A program made the position numbers and the translations under genes. A stretch of 64,000 nt of DNA from a virus, in IMG/VR virus record IMGVR_UViG_3300025012_000003, one strand, 5' to 3'. Positions 1 through 10,822 of the stretch are shown one piece after another. The notes below the pieces were generated by a model, which had not been told where the DNA came from, made no database searches, and saw nothing but the letters and a program-made list of their open reading frames with translations. The stretch's first letter is position 1, and each line of letters starts with the position of its first letter.

Positions 1-1424
1 GTGTTTAAATTTCCGCTACTTGTCCATACTCCTCCAACAACGTCATCTAGGAATCCAAGAGTAGCTAAGTCATTTTGTTCTTCCTCAGTTAATCCATTAC
101 TTACAGGTCTTACTTCTACTGAGAGATAACAAGGAGTATTTAAGATAAAAGATTTAGATTCTTTAAATTGTTCTTCTACTATTTTAGTATCGTTTTTAAC
201 ATTTAAATATATATTTAATAAAGGCTCTCCTGTAAATTTTTCAGTAACTGCTAGGGTAGTTCCATTTTCTCCCCCAAAGCTTAATCCAGAGTTTTGAGTT
301 CCACATCCAGCTAATAAATCCCTAGCTGTGTTTAAGGCTCCTGAACCTATCCAGATAGTTCCGTTAAATTTTTCAGTAACAGCAGAAGCAGAACCAATAC
401 TCCCTCCAAAACATAACCCCGAATTCTGGGTTCCACACCCAGCCATAGAAGTTTTACTTGCATTTAAATTCCAAGATGTTTGAGTTACCCATACTAATCC
501 AGTGAATTTTTCGGTAGTGGCTAAATAAGTAGTACCATCTGGAGTTCCTCCAAAACATAACCCAGAATTCTGGGTTCCACATCCAGATAAAAAGGCTTTT
601 GCTACTCCCAGATTGCCTGAAGTAGTCCATGTAGAGCCATTAAATTTTTCTGTTATAGCTTGAGTAGTTCCAAATCCAGAACCTAAAGTTCCGCCAAAAC
701 TCAATCCAGAATTTTGAGTTCCGCATCCAGCTAATCCTCTTCTAGCAGTATTCAAAGAACCCGTAGCAGTCCACGTAGAACCATTAAATTTTCCAGTAGC
801 TCCCGTCATAACAGAAGCTGCTATTTGACCCCCAAAACTTAATCCAGAATTTTGAGTTCCACATCCAGATAGATAATCACTAGGAGTTACTAGATTTCCA
901 GTAGCTGTCCAAGTAGAGCCATTAAATTTTTCAGTATATCCAGTAACTCTTTCCCCCCCAAAACTTAATCCAGAATTTTGAGTTCCACACCCTGCTAGTC
1001 TTTGTCTGCCAGTATTTAAGTTACCACTATTAGACCAAACATTTTTTATTAAATTAGTTCCAATAAAATTGGATACATTAAATATTCTATTCCCAGTAGT
1101 TGATACATAAAATTCTTCATACATATCATTACCGTCAAGAATAGTTGCTGAGAATCCCCCACCACCTCCAGAGCCAGAGTCTATAACAGTCTGCCATCCA
1201 GTATTTCCAGAGCCAGATATTTTCACATATACTAAACCTGTTCCACCTGCATTCTGGTCTTCATATAAAGTACCTATGTTAGCAGTAACAACTCCTTCAG
1301 GGGAACCACTTCCATATAATATGATAGAATTGAATGCTGAGTATATAGTATCAAAGTTTGAATTAGCTTGTGCTGATTGAGCTAATGTATTACTTGTAAA
1401 GTTATAAGGTTTATTTACTGTCAT
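1..1424 (-). CDS. Kelch-like repeat beta-propeller protein (putative tail/receptor-binding), runs off the window start; absent from ORF track
   Basis: Manual translation from ATG at 1424: MTVNKPYNFTSNTLAQ..., six W..SGNLNTAR..LAGCGTQNSGLSFGG..TEKFNG repeats, a linker, then the start of a second repeat block; paralog of 10823..13048. Confidence 0.85.
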   Translation of the reverse strand, partial: MTVNKPYNFTSNTLAQSAQANSNFDTIYSAFNSIILYGSGSPEGVVTANIGTLYEDQNAGGTGLVYVKISGSGNTGWQTVIDSGSGGGGGFSATILDGNDMYEEFYVSTTGNRIFNVSNFIGTNLIKNVWSNSGNLNTGRQRLAGCGTQNSGLSFGGERVTGYTEKFNGSTWTATGNLVTPSDYLSGCGTQNSGLSFGGQIAASVMTGATGKFNGSTWTATGSLNTARRGLAGCGTQNSGLSFGGTLGSGFGTTQAITEKFNGSTWTTSGNLGVAKAFLSGCGTQNSGLCFGGTPDGTTYLATTEKFTGLVWVTQTSWNLNASKTSMAGCGTQNSGLCFGGSIGSASAVTEKFNGTIWIGSGALNTARDLLAGCGTQNSGLSFGGENGTTLAVTEKFTGEPLLNIYLNVKNDTKIVEEQFKESKSFILNTPCYLSVEVRPVSNGLTEEEQNDLATLGFLDDVVGGVWTSSGNLN

Positions 1425-1482
1425 GTTTTTAACCTTTATATCATAATTAGTATAATTTCATAGTTCATCCTAAATATAATAT

Positions 1483-1509
1483 AAAAGAAACGAGGGTTTT
1501 AACCCTCGT
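1483..1509 (-). terminator. Intrinsic terminator
   Basis: ACGAGGGT-TTTA-ACCCTCGT hairpin followed by a T-rich run on the minus strand. Confidence 0.75.
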
Positions 1510-1663
1510 AAGAAATATCCTCCAACCGCCCTTCTAGTCGCCTATTATTTACTAGATAAGCCTCTTGATATTAGGTAAGATTCTACATATTTATCTTTTG
1601 GTATCTTTATTGCTTTCTTATTTTTCTTTTTGCTCATCTGCATCTCCTTTAATCTATACTACA

Positions 1664-1692
1664 ATTATAACAGATTTTATCCACCGTGTCAA
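1664..1692 (-). promoter_or_regulatory. Sigma70-type promoter
   Basis: TTGACA-17 nt-TATAAT, perfect consensus. Confidence 0.8.
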
Positions 1693-1699
1693 GTATAAT

Positions 1700-2284
1700 C
1701 TAAATATATTGCTTAATGTAACAACAATTACATATAGGAAGATATTCTAAATTGTCTCCTTCTATTATATTTACATCTTCCCAGAGTTCACTAGGAAATC
1801 CATTTATCCTTCTGAGTATTTTGGTAGCTCTCTTATCTCCACAGAAAGGACATTCTGAGAACAATCTAGTTATCCTGTCGGCTCTTTCTATAAACATGTC
1901 CATTTTATTAAAAGGAGACCCTTTAAAATCAAATTCCAGTCCAGAAGCTATTATGTTTATCTCGTTATCTAAACAATAATTAACAACATCTCTAAAGAAG
2001 ACTATCCAATCTGTTATAAACTGTACTTCATCTATATAGATAGTTTCTAATTTATATAAGCTATCACTATTTTCATGTTCTTTTATAACTTTTAAAATAT
2101 CTCTCGAGTTATCTATCTTTATCGCTGGGTATTTTAATCCGTTCCTTGAAGTGATAAAACCATCCTCTGTTCTTATATCCACCGAGGGATAAAATACTCT
2201 AAACTCTCCTTCGTCCTCTGATATTTTTTTAATAAGTAACTCACTCTTTCCACTTGCCATTGTTCCCGTAATAATTTCAATCAA
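1700..2284 (-). CDS. tdk: Thymidine kinase
   Basis: GTMASGKS P-loop, IDEVQF, SGLEFDFKGSPF, C-terminal Cys pairs. Confidence 0.93.
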   Translation of the reverse strand: MIEIITGTMASGKSELLIKKISEDEGEFRVFYPSVDIRTEDGFITSRNGLKYPAIKIDNSRDILKVIKEHENSDSLYKLETIYIDEVQFITDWIVFFRDVVNYCLDNEINIIASGLEFDFKGSPFNKMDMFIERADRITRLFSECPFCGDKRATKILRRINGFPSELWEDVNIIEGDNLEYLPICNCCYIKQYI

Positions 2285-2649
2285 TCAACTAACTCCTTTA
2301 AGGTCAGATATTTATTTCTATAGTCAATTTCACTAAAAATCTTTAGGTCTAAATAATTTAAATCTATTTTGGATAAGTTATTGGATATGAATTTATCCAA
2401 TAAATGATTACGGTTCTCTAAAAAGTTCAGTTTAACTACTGATTCTTGCTGAGAATTATTCCCCCAGTATCTAACTATTAGATAATATCCAGATTTTTTA
2501 ATTTCTATAAAAGATTCAATGTGTTCGCATCTCTCATCGTAGTATTTAAAATCAAAACAATCAAGTATATGCTCTATGTATGAAACTGTTCCTATATCAA
2601 GTCTCTTTAACTCAGTCTTATCCTCACTAAACTTCCAAAATTTTCCCAC
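2281..2649 (-). CDS. Hypothetical protein with C-terminal tag (LKELVD)
   Basis: ORF track; overlaps the tdk start; ends TTA AAG GAG TTA GTT GAT TGA. Confidence 0.7.
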   Translation of the reverse strand: MGKFWKFSEDKTELKRLDIGTVSYIEHILDCFDFKYYDERCEHIESFIEIKKSGYYLIVRYWGNNSQQESVVKLNFLENRNHLLDKFISNNLSKIDLNYLDLKIFSEIDYRNKYLTLKELVD

Positions 2650-2679
2650 TTGATTTCTTTCGCATTAACTATTATAATG

Positions 2680-2708
2680 ATTATACCACATGTTACCAGT
2701 TAAGTCAA
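2680..2708 (-). promoter_or_regulatory. Sigma70-type promoter
   Basis: TTGACT-17 nt-TATAAT. Confidence 0.75.
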
Positions 2709-2757
2709 TATTGTTATTTAAACACTTAAAAGTATTGATATTATTGGGTTTACGACT

Positions 2758-2771
2758 TTATATTATAAGTA
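2758..2771 (+). promoter_or_regulatory. Putative late-type promoter motif
   Basis: TTATATTATAAGTA upstream of the plus-strand gene at 2818; identical 14-mer at 24036..24049 upstream of the other plus-strand gene. Confidence 0.5.
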
Positions 2772-2817
2772 CAATAGGCTAGTAATCTGTTATTTTAATA
2801 TAAGGACAATTGAATAT

Positions 2818-3504
2818 ATGATTAAGAAAATTATTAGCCTAATTATGACTCTAGCATTAGTTCTATTTATCTCTAATCCTATATCATCTTGTGAAAATAG
2901 ATATAATTCTACTATTATTAACAGAGTAAGAGTTCATGTCCTAAGAGCCGATGCTAAAAATATTAAGATTATAAAAGAACAAGGCAAAATAAAATATCTT
3001 AGAACGGTTGTTAAAGAAAATAATGGTTGGGGAGCTATAAATGCTTCCTTTTATAATATGAATAACCGTAGACCCTGTGGACTTTTAATTATAGAGGGCA
3101 AGGTTATCTCTAAAAATGTGTATAACAGACCCTATATAGTAATAGGAGATAAAACTTATATATCAGATGATAAAAATATAAGTTCAGATGCTAAATTAGC
3201 TGTAGGCGGTGGTAGTTATTTGTTAAAAGACGGTAAAAAATATTTTACCAATAATCATTTTAGCAAACAATTTACTAACTCTGTAGTAAGAAGAACGTGT
3301 ATAGGTATAAATAAAGAAGGGAAAGTTCTCTTAGTTGTTATAAAGGGAGCTAATATTTGGAGATGTGCTAACATCATGAAGAGTCTGGGAGCTACCGATG
3401 CAATATCTTTAGATGGAGGAACTTCTTCACAAATGTATTATGAAGGAAAGTACATAGTAGCATCTAACAGAATAACACCTGTAGTTATTGTTGCTGGATA
3501 TTAA
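2818..3504 (+). CDS. Phosphodiester glycosidase (NAGPA-like) family protein with signal peptide
   Basis: Hydrophobic N-terminus; AINASFY, RRTCIGI, AISLDGGTSSQM motifs. Confidence 0.85.
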   Translation: MIKKIISLIMTLALVLFISNPISSCENRYNSTIINRVRVHVLRADAKNIKIIKEQGKIKYLRTVVKENNGWGAINASFYNMNNRRPCGLLIIEGKVISKNVYNRPYIVIGDKTYISDDKNISSDAKLAVGGGSYLLKDGKKYFTNNHFSKQFTNSVVRRTCIGINKEGKVLLVVIKGANIWRCANIMKSLGATDAISLDGGTSSQMYYEGKYIVASNRITPVVIVAGY

Positions 3505-3813
3505 AACATTCTTCTAAGTTTTTAATAATCCCTCTTCTTTTATTTAACAAGAAATATAAATAATTTAAAATATTAATATCTTCTGATACAATATCCAGTT
3601 TTATGGATATCTCTAGCATACCTTTATCTGATTTATTATTTTTTAGAGCAAAATAAGTATTCTTTTCATCAGGTTTAACTTTTACTGTTTGATTTTCAAT
3701 ACTTATCCTCAACTCTGAACAAACTTCGGAGATAATTAAAAAATCAGCCTCACTTAGATTACAGAGAGTTTTCCTGAATTCTGCCACGTATACCCACCAC
3801 TGTACTATTGAAT

Positions 3814-4041
3814 CTAAATATAATATAAATTATTTACAATGAGTAAATCGTGTAGATTTTTACCTAACCCACAATTCCAACAACCAGTATAAGATGTATG
3901 TGGGATAGGAGATTGATTATCTCTAGTACTTATAACATCCTTGACCCTTAATACACAATTAGTATTTATGTTTCTAATAACCTTGAACAATATTGTCTTA
4001 CAGTTAGGACAACATAAATAAGAACCTTCATAGATAATCAT
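3814..4041 (-). CDS. Small zinc-finger protein
   Basis: CPNC and CWNC pairs. Confidence 0.55.
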   Translation of the reverse strand: MIIYEGSYLCCPNCKTILFKVIRNINTNCVLRVKDVISTRDNQSPIPHTSYTGCWNCGLGKNLHDLLIVNNLYYI

Positions 4042-4628
4042 AATGAACCTCTAAGTTCATTTAACATTTCTACTTTACTTATAAAATCTTTATCTTTTTT
4101 ATATAATTTTTTTAAGTTACTATATTCTAAAAGAGTATCTAAATCAAAGTTAGCTAGATATTTTTCTATGAATTCCTTGGTTAAATCATCTCTTTCGGAT
4201 ATCCAGTCCCAATCTATTATCGGATGTTTATCCGCCATTAATTTTTCTAATCTATGTAAAGAGGCTCTTTTATTAATACCTCTAACTATATTATTATCTT
4301 TCCAAATCATTTCAGCTCTGTTTAAAAAATGGTCGAGTATATTATCTGTTAATAGTACAGTATGTTCTATAAGTATATCATATCTCCAATAATCTTTTAA
4401 CTCTTCACATTCAAGTATTTCTTTACTGTAATTTTTTCTTTTTGAGAGTTCCCAAAAATGCAAATAATCCTTATATTTTATAATGAAATCCTCTGGTAGC
4501 TTATATCTCCATTGGCAGGAAATGAAACCCCACATGATATAATGTAGGTTTAAAGTACCGTTGTCCATTTCTTTATAATCTCTAAGAAATCTTTCAGTAT
4601 ATTTATACTTATGTCTCTCTGTGTACAT
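4038..4628 (-). CDS. Trp-containing helical-repeat protein with C-terminal tag (MLNELRGSL)
   Basis: Repeats such as IDWDWISERDDLTKEFIEKY and LPEDFIIKYKDYLHFWELS. Confidence 0.6.
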   Translation of the reverse strand: MYTERHKYKYTERFLRDYKEMDNGTLNLHYIMWGFISCQWRYKLPEDFIIKYKDYLHFWELSKRKNYSKEILECEELKDYWRYDILIEHTVLLTDNILDHFLNRAEMIWKDNNIVRGINKRASLHRLEKLMADKHPIIDWDWISERDDLTKEFIEKYLANFDLDTLLEYSNLKKLYKKDKDFISKVEMLNELRGSL

Positions 4629-4681
4629 AAAAACTCCTTATGTATATAATAACATAGGGAGTTAAGACTGTCAATATTAAA

Positions 4682-5395
4682 TTATTTAATAGTATATTTT
4701 CTTAACAATTCAGGATTCACTAGCTCTAGCCCAGCAATATGGATAAATTCATTATTAAATATAGTTAATGAATCTTTTATATGATATACTAGTGGTTTAT
4801 CTTTAGTTAAATCTATAGTATAGATATCTCTGGAAGGAATTCTACTGGAATGGAATAACAAATCTCCCTCTAAAGTATCCCCTATAAATCTTAAACTAGA
4901 ATTATCTATAGTAGGTTGAATAGGATAGTTTAAATCTAATACATCATTACCTATTATGATAACTCTTTTATTTTCTCTTTTTTCAAAAATGGCTTCTTTA
5001 GTTAAATTAACTGTTATGTTTATATCCGATAGAATATAGTTCATGAAATGATTATTAATTATAGCAGAAACTTTACTAGAGGCTTCGTTTATTTTTTCCA
5101 TCCTTGGAGCTTGCTTATAAATTAATTCATTAAGAACTTCTAAATCACAAGGTAGTTTTATTTTTATAGGTATAAATTTAGTAGTTTTAATATTAATATC
5201 TGCTTCGTGTAACTTAAAAGCAGGGGTATTTTCAGTTATTCTTATCTCTGCTATAAGACTTATAATACTATTATTAATTATATTTCTAAGTACTGCTTCC
5301 CCATATTTCTCTAATTGTGTTTTATAACCACTTGGAGGTAATTCTGATAATTGTTTAAGAAATAATTCTATATGATTTTGCATAGTATTCTCCAA
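4682..5395 (-). CDS. Hypothetical protein
   Basis: 237 aa ORF; late-type motif TTATATTTTAAATG at 5412..5425 upstream. Confidence 0.65.
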   Translation of the reverse strand: MENTMQNHIELFLKQLSELPPSGYKTQLEKYGEAVLRNIINNSIISLIAEIRITENTPAFKLHEADINIKTTKFIPIKIKLPCDLEVLNELIYKQAPRMEKINEASSKVSAIINNHFMNYILSDINITVNLTKEAIFEKRENKRVIIIGNDVLDLNYPIQPTIDNSSLRFIGDTLEGDLLFHSSRIPSRDIYTIDLTKDKPLVYHIKDSLTIFNNEFIHIAGLELVNPELLRKYTIK

Positions 5396-5425
5396 TTGAA
5401 ATTAACTCTTTCATTTAAAATATAA

Positions 5426-5457
5426 AATAAGACCCTCTTTAACTGGAGGGTCTTATT
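5426..5457 (-). terminator. Intrinsic terminator
   Basis: AATAAGACCCTC / GAGGGTCTTATT inverted repeat followed by Ts. Confidence 0.75.
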
Positions 5458-5496
5458 TAATTCGTATTATCTGGACTCTCCCAGAAGTATTAACCA

Positions 5497-5574
5497 CTAA
5501 GGCAGGTTTCGCACTTTATTAAAATTACTAAAGATAGTATTCGGGTTGTGGGGTTTAGACACCCACGTAATCAT
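5497..5574 (-). CDS. Putative 25 aa small protein MITWVSKPHNPNTIFSNFNKVRNLP
   Basis: GAAAGGA ribosome-binding site; lies between promoter TTGACA-17-GATAAT (5638..5666) and terminator 5426..5457. Confidence 0.4.
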   Translation of the reverse strand: MITWVSKPHNPNTIFSNFNKVRNLP

Positions 5575-6506
5575 AACTATCATCCTTTCAGGTAAACTAT
5601 AACTCTTATAATTCAAATAAAATATATGTATAATTGTATTATCTCATGAAACAGTTAGTTTGTCAAGTTAAAAATTGTTAAGAAATAAGAGATTTAATTT
5701 ATCTTGGGCTTCTAAGAATTCTTTCATTTTCTTTATTTTGAAATCATCTTCATTTAAATGGAACATAGGCTGTTTTATAAAATTCTCAGAAATAGTATAT
5801 AGCTCATTATTTACATCTATTACTCTATTTCTAAATACTTCTTTACTGTCAGTTAGATGTTCGAACATAAAGTCTCCTTGATTAGTCTGTATAAATTAGA
5901 ACTCTGTAACATTTTTTAGATTCATTATTAGTATAAGGCTCTACCGTTCCTCCGTAATGTCTAGCCACTAAATCATCAAATTTACACCCGTTATCACAGA
6001 AAGCTATCAGATTTAATAAGTCTCCATTTAATTTTTCTAATAACTTCTCTTCTGTTCCCCTGTATAAAGTAACATGGTATTCTTTCATGGTTTTATATCT
6101 TGAGGGAATTCTTTTTATCTTAAGGGAGCCATTTATTTCCGATATCTTCATGTATAACTCCTTAACTAATACATATTATTAGTATATATTATAATGAAAA
6201 GTAATTCAAGGGTTTGTTAAGAAGGGTTACATAAAAATACGTTGTTTTTTATGTAACATAGTCTTTTCATCTAACTCGTAGAATATTGACCTTCTATAAT
6301 TTTCTATGATATTGGGATATCTATCTTTTAATCTCATTAACTCTATCCCTGTTATGTTTTTTCCATCAGAAGAAAGAGAATTAATCTGGAATCCAAATAC
6401 TCTAAAAATAGGATTTAATATTATTTTAAGAATACTTCTGTGATTACATATATTATAATCACCAGTAACTCCTTTTTTATATATAACTCCTAGATACCAT
6501 TTCATA

Positions 6507-7412
6507 TTATTTTTTATCCCTTAGCTTATTTTTTAATTTTTCTATTTTACTAGTGTATTTAGTTTCTTGTTTTTCTATCTTAATAGTGTATTTAGTTTCT
6601 TGTTTTTCTATTTTACTAGCGTATTTAGTTTCTTGTTTTTCTATTGCAGTGTTAAATTTATTATCTGCCTTATCAAGTTTTTTTACATAGTTCTCTTTTT
6701 CTTTTTCTAAGTTATTTATAACTTTATTTTTCTTAGTCAAATTTGATTTTAGAGATTTTATTTCTTGGTGTAATTGTTTTTTATCTTTAACATTTACTTT
6801 AGATTCTGTAATTATGCTCCCAGAAACAAATCCCAGATGGATAGCTTTTTGGAATACTTGAGATGGAGTTAATTGAAGTTCCTTCGCTATGGTCTCTACG
6901 GTAGCTTTCGCAGTAACTTTTTCTCTTACTACGTTAAGCTGTTCAGGAGTCCATACATGCCCCCTAGATTTTCTTCTTCCTACGGCACTCTCTGTAGACA
7001 GTCTACCTATTACTGAATTAAGGGGTCTTCCCAAAATTACAGCAATCTCATAATTTGTATAACCGTCTTTCTTAAGAGCTTTTAAAGTATCTATTTCACT
7101 ATCTTTCCAAGAATTTTTTAATTGTTGAACTCCCATTACTCCTCTTATTTCCCCACGTTTAGAGGTTATAGCACTGAAGGTTCTATCGGGTAATATTTTC
7201 ATTAGTTCAAAAACAGACATTCTAGGATTAGTTTTTACGACATCTAATTCTTCATCTGTCCATTTGTCAAAAGAACTTCCTCTATATAATACTTTTATCT
7301 TTTCTAATATCTGGTCTTCCGTTCTTTCTGGAAGTAGTTTTTTCAGAGTTATTAATGTACTGTCCATATTTTGTTTTAATAATTCTGTTTCTTGTTTAGT
7401 CCATTTTTTCAT
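6507..7412 (-). CDS. Myb/SANT-like HTH repeat protein with C-terminal coiled coil
   Basis: Four W(T/K)xxExxxL-type repeats (KKWTKQETELL, KWTDEELDVV, SWKDSEIDTL, VWTPEQLNVV); likely start is ATG at 7412. Confidence 0.7.
   Translation of the reverse strand: MKKWTKQETELLKQNMDSTLITLKKLLPERTEDQILEKIKVLYRGSSFDKWTDEELDVVKTNPRMSVFELMKILPDRTFSAITSKRGEIRGVMGVQQLKNSWKDSEIDTLKALKKDGYTNYEIAVILGRPLNSVIGRLSTESAVGRRKSRGHVWTPEQLNVVREKVTAKATVETIAKELQLTPSQVFQKAIHLGFVSGSIITESKVNVKDKKQLHQEIKSLKSNLTKKNKVINNLEKEKENYVKKLDKADNKFNTAIEKQETKYASKIEKQETKYTIKIEKQETKYTSKIEKLKNKLRDKK
6538..6645. repeat. 33 bp coding tandem repeat, about 3.3 copies (KIEKQETKYxS)
   Basis: Units begin at 6538, 6571 and 6604. Confidence 0.85.
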
Positions 7413-7573
7413 AAAAATAATATTCCTCCTTTTTAATACTATCATAATTTTAGCACGGTATATATAAATATTCAATAGTTTGTAACAAAACATTTACATA
7501 CCAAAAAAACCCGCTTATTTTAACATAAGGGGTTTCTTAGAGCTAAGATATACCGATTTATATAGTAGGTACT

Positions 7574-7804
7574 CTAGTGTTTATCCACATCCATTTTCTT
7601 TTCCATGTCTTCAAGGTAGTCGTAGTATCTACTATTCTCCTTCAAGTGAGCTTTAGCAATAGCTTTAGCTATATCGGGATGATTAGTATGTTCACTTTCT
7701 ACCTCTATCCCTTTTTTCAATTGACCTTCATCAAAATCAGAATCTGGGTCTTGACTATGTTTCAACAGTTTAACCAATTCTGTTATTTTATCCATTTTAC
7801 CCAT
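7574..7804 (-). CDS. DUF5661-like small phage protein
   Basis: GIEVESEHT..AKAIAKAHLKENSRYY..L..ME pattern. Confidence 0.7.
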   Translation of the reverse strand: MGKMDKITELVKLLKHSQDPDSDFDEGQLKKGIEVESEHTNHPDIAKAIAKAHLKENSRYYDYLEDMEKKMDVDKH

Positions 7805-7808
7805 AGTA

Positions 7809-7964
7809 TTATCTCTTTCTAAAGGTTAGGCATTCTTCTATGTTAGCTTCTATCCTATTTTCATGTTGATAGTAAAGGCTTCCACAGTCTCCGCATTTTA
7901 CCATTTCTTTTTCGGCTTCCGAAACATTATAACTAATCTTACATTTAGGACAGATTATAAGCAT
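7809..7964 (-). CDS. Small zinc-ribbon protein (not in ORF track)
   Basis: MLIICPKCKISY...VKCGDCGS. Confidence 0.55.
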   Translation of the reverse strand: MLIICPKCKISYNVSEAEKEMVKCGDCGSLYYQHENRIEANIEECLTFRKR

Positions 7965-8115
7965 ATTTTTTAAATCCTTATTAATATATCTAACCTATAA
8001 GACAAATAAAAATTTATACTACCAATGAATATGTTTAAGAGTAATAACATAATTAAGAAGGTACCTAAATTTTTCTCTATTATATTCATTTTTCCATTTT
8101 ATAAATAAGTATGTC

Positions 8116-8129
8116 TATTTATAATTTAA
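8116..8129 (-). promoter_or_regulatory. T4-late-like promoter
   Basis: TTAAATTATAAATA contains TATAAATA; identical at 18550..18563 and 44914..44927. Confidence 0.55.
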
Positions 8130-8414
8130 ATTTTGAATAAATATTTTCAACGAATTCTTCAGGTTTTACTTCTTTTATAGAAAAAATTGTTTCTTCTTCG
8201 TTAGTGTGTTTAAAAACTATATTTTTACCCTGTTTACTCATTGAGGAAGTTATGTTAAAAGATTTAACGTAGTCATCTATTGAATTCCAAATGTAGTTTT
8301 CTGCATCCTCATAGTTAAAAAATGCTCCTAGAAAAGATTCTTCTATGTAAAATACAGAACCAATAGGATGAGTTCTATAGTCTATAATAGTATCTTCCTT
8401 AATAACACAATAAA

Positions 8415-8771
8415 TCATAATAACTCCTCTATGTATTTGACCTCTTCGTAGTAATCAGACCCATTTATAGCACATCCTTTCATTTTTTGGATGTACTTCT
8501 TAAGAAAAAATTTAACTTTGGGATTTAACCTTATGAATTCTTCTAAACTAAGACTTTTCTTTTTAACGTTATTACAGGGGGTACAACAAATTAACAAATT
8601 ATTTAAAAATGTATTCCCTCCTGATGATTTTGGAATCACGTGGTCTAAGCTTATCTTTCTTTTTTCGTCAAAAGACCTACCACAATAGCAACATTTAGCA
8701 TTTACTTTACGTGCATAGTCCTTTAACTGCTTCTTAAGAGATTTTATTGGCTTTTTTGGAGTATTGCTCAT
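8415..8771 (-). CDS. HNH endonuclease
   Basis: CCYCG...LDHVIPKSSGG...NLLICCTPCN. Confidence 0.9.
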   Translation of the reverse strand: MSNTPKKPIKSLKKQLKDYARKVNAKCCYCGRSFDEKRKISLDHVIPKSSGGNTFLNNLLICCTPCNNVKKKSLSLEEFIRLNPKVKFFLKKYIQKMKGCAINGSDYYEEVKYIEELL

Positions 8772-10019
8772 CCTACTAATTCCTTAAACATGTTATAACA
8801 ATTCCAAGACTCTTTTTTCATAATAACTTTACTTTCTACAGTCCAAGAAGAAAAAGCTATCTCGGGAGAAAAGGAGTAACTAACAGCACCCGTATTATTT
8901 TTAATGTCCTTTAGTACATTTTCAAAGATATATAGTTTATCCCATTGTTTATTCTTTTCTATTAATTTACCTATTTCTTCTGCAACCAATCTTTTCTCCC
9001 TATTATGATTTTCTAAGATTGTCAAATAGGAGGAGCTAGATTTATTATTAAGTTTTTTTATGAAAGGGATTAAATCCTTTCTAATATCCGCTCTTTTCTT
9101 TCTTAGAACATCTCCAGACCTGTATTGTATTAATTCTCCTTTATCTAGTTTATATATAAATTTAGGAGGAGTTAAATCACAGTCGATAGCTTTCCAAATA
9201 TATCCTCCCGATTCGTGAATGTTTTTTAATCTTATTACATTAAAGTCTAATGTATTTAAGGACTTTTTTAAAGAATTAAGAGATGAATATATAACATATC
9301 TAATTTTATCGTCTTCAGTATATCTATATATCTTCCTCATGATACTAATTCCTCTAACATTTTAATTCCTGTAATATCATCCTCGGAAAGATAAGGCAGA
9401 AAATTATAATTAGTGAGAAGTCTATTATAGGTTAAGCATTTAACTAATTCTTTTCTCATCTCCAATAATGTAGTTTTATTAGTTATTTCATAATTATGTA
9501 TTTTTAAATCATGGACACCCATTAAAGAACGAGATTCGTCGATAAGTTTTAGTTCAAAATTACAGTCAGTATCAAAAAGAATACTGTCTAATCTCATAGC
9601 TCTATAATTAAAACTACCATAGCGATAATGGTCAAATATCTTATCTAGTTCTTTAAAAACATTAAAATCTCTAAGTTCCCTAGAAAATAATCTTTGACCA
9701 TTTATATTTAAAAGTATAAAATCTTTTAACTGCATAGTTCCTTCATACTTCTTTTAGTATAGTATTCTAAACATTCATCCTTTTCAAAGTATTCTCGATA
9801 TCCAGAAATCAGTAATTTTCCAAGATATTGTAGTTTGTTATCACAGAATTTAATGGGAAAATTATTAGTTTTAAATCTATCGTGGAAATTATCTATGTAA
9901 GTACATCTATGGTTATCAGGTACTAAAGGATAAATATTATTTAATTTATTTTGATGCTTCTCTAAATAAACTCTACCACATCTGAAGCATTTGTATATAC
10001 CCACATAGCGACTAACCAT
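8768..10019 (-). other. Three overlapping hypothetical CDS, each with C-terminal tag (MFKELVG, MLEELVS, MKELCS)
   Basis: ORFs 8768..9340, 9337..9735, 9726..10019. Confidence 0.75.
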
Positions 10020-10094
10020 AAATAATCTCCTTATATGCTATATAATACAATATAGCATATATTTTACTGTACTACAAGGGATTATTAACTTTTA

Positions 10095-10268
10095 TTAATC
10101 TAAACAATTGGGATTAAAATCTCTAGGTATGATTAAATTGCAAGGTTTTATCATTCTTCTTTTAACAGCCCCACATTTTTTACAAGTTATTATAGGGTCT
10201 TCCATCATACCATGAACAATTTCTTCCTCGGTTTCGCATTCGGGACACCAATAAGAATAAGTAGCCAT
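10095..10268 (-). CDS. FmdB-type zinc-ribbon protein (not in ORF track)
   Basis: MATYSYWCPEC...EIVHGMMEDPIITCKKCG. Confidence 0.75.
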   Translation of the reverse strand: MATYSYWCPECETEEEIVHGMMEDPIITCKKCGAVKRRMIKPCNLIIPRDFNPNCLD

Positions 10269-10699
10269 TTATTTACTTCTCCTCTTTAAATAAAATAATT
10301 TTACTGTATATAATAAGGTAGTTAAAGCATATATAACTAGGGGAGCATCAGACAATACCAGCACTAAGCATAAAATATTTAAAGTTGGGTCAATATTTAA
10401 GGTATAAATAACAAAACTCCCTAACATAATGTTGGTAGAAACTGCTAACAAAATAATCAACAGTATAATAGATAAAATAAAACTTATCATGTTTCTCCTT
10501 AATAATAAAGATTATCGTGTAGTATATCTATTAATACGTCCCTATCGTGCATCAATTCTTTTACTAAACCATCGTCCAAGACATTTTTGTTGTTTTCAAT
10601 GTTCTGAGTTAATTCTTCGATTTCTTCTTTCAACACTTCGATTTGTCTTAATTCGTTTCTGGTAAGTTCCATAAAATCCTCCTATTCACATGTATATTC

Positions 10700-10728
10700 A
10701 TTATACTATACTTTTATTGGATATTCAA
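10700..10728 (-). promoter_or_regulatory. Sigma70-type promoter
   Basis: TTGAAT-17 nt-TATAAT. Confidence 0.65.
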
Positions 10729-10822
10729 GGATTTATGAACTTATGTAACAAAGTAAAACATCTCCTTTTATAGCTAGGAGATGTTTTTATATGAATATCC
10801 TTGAGAGGGGAGACTAAGATAT

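Noticed and set aside
2818-2850. MIKKIISLI as a member of the N-terminal motif class
   Set aside because: It continues into a hydrophobic signal peptide and lacks the downstream Glu.
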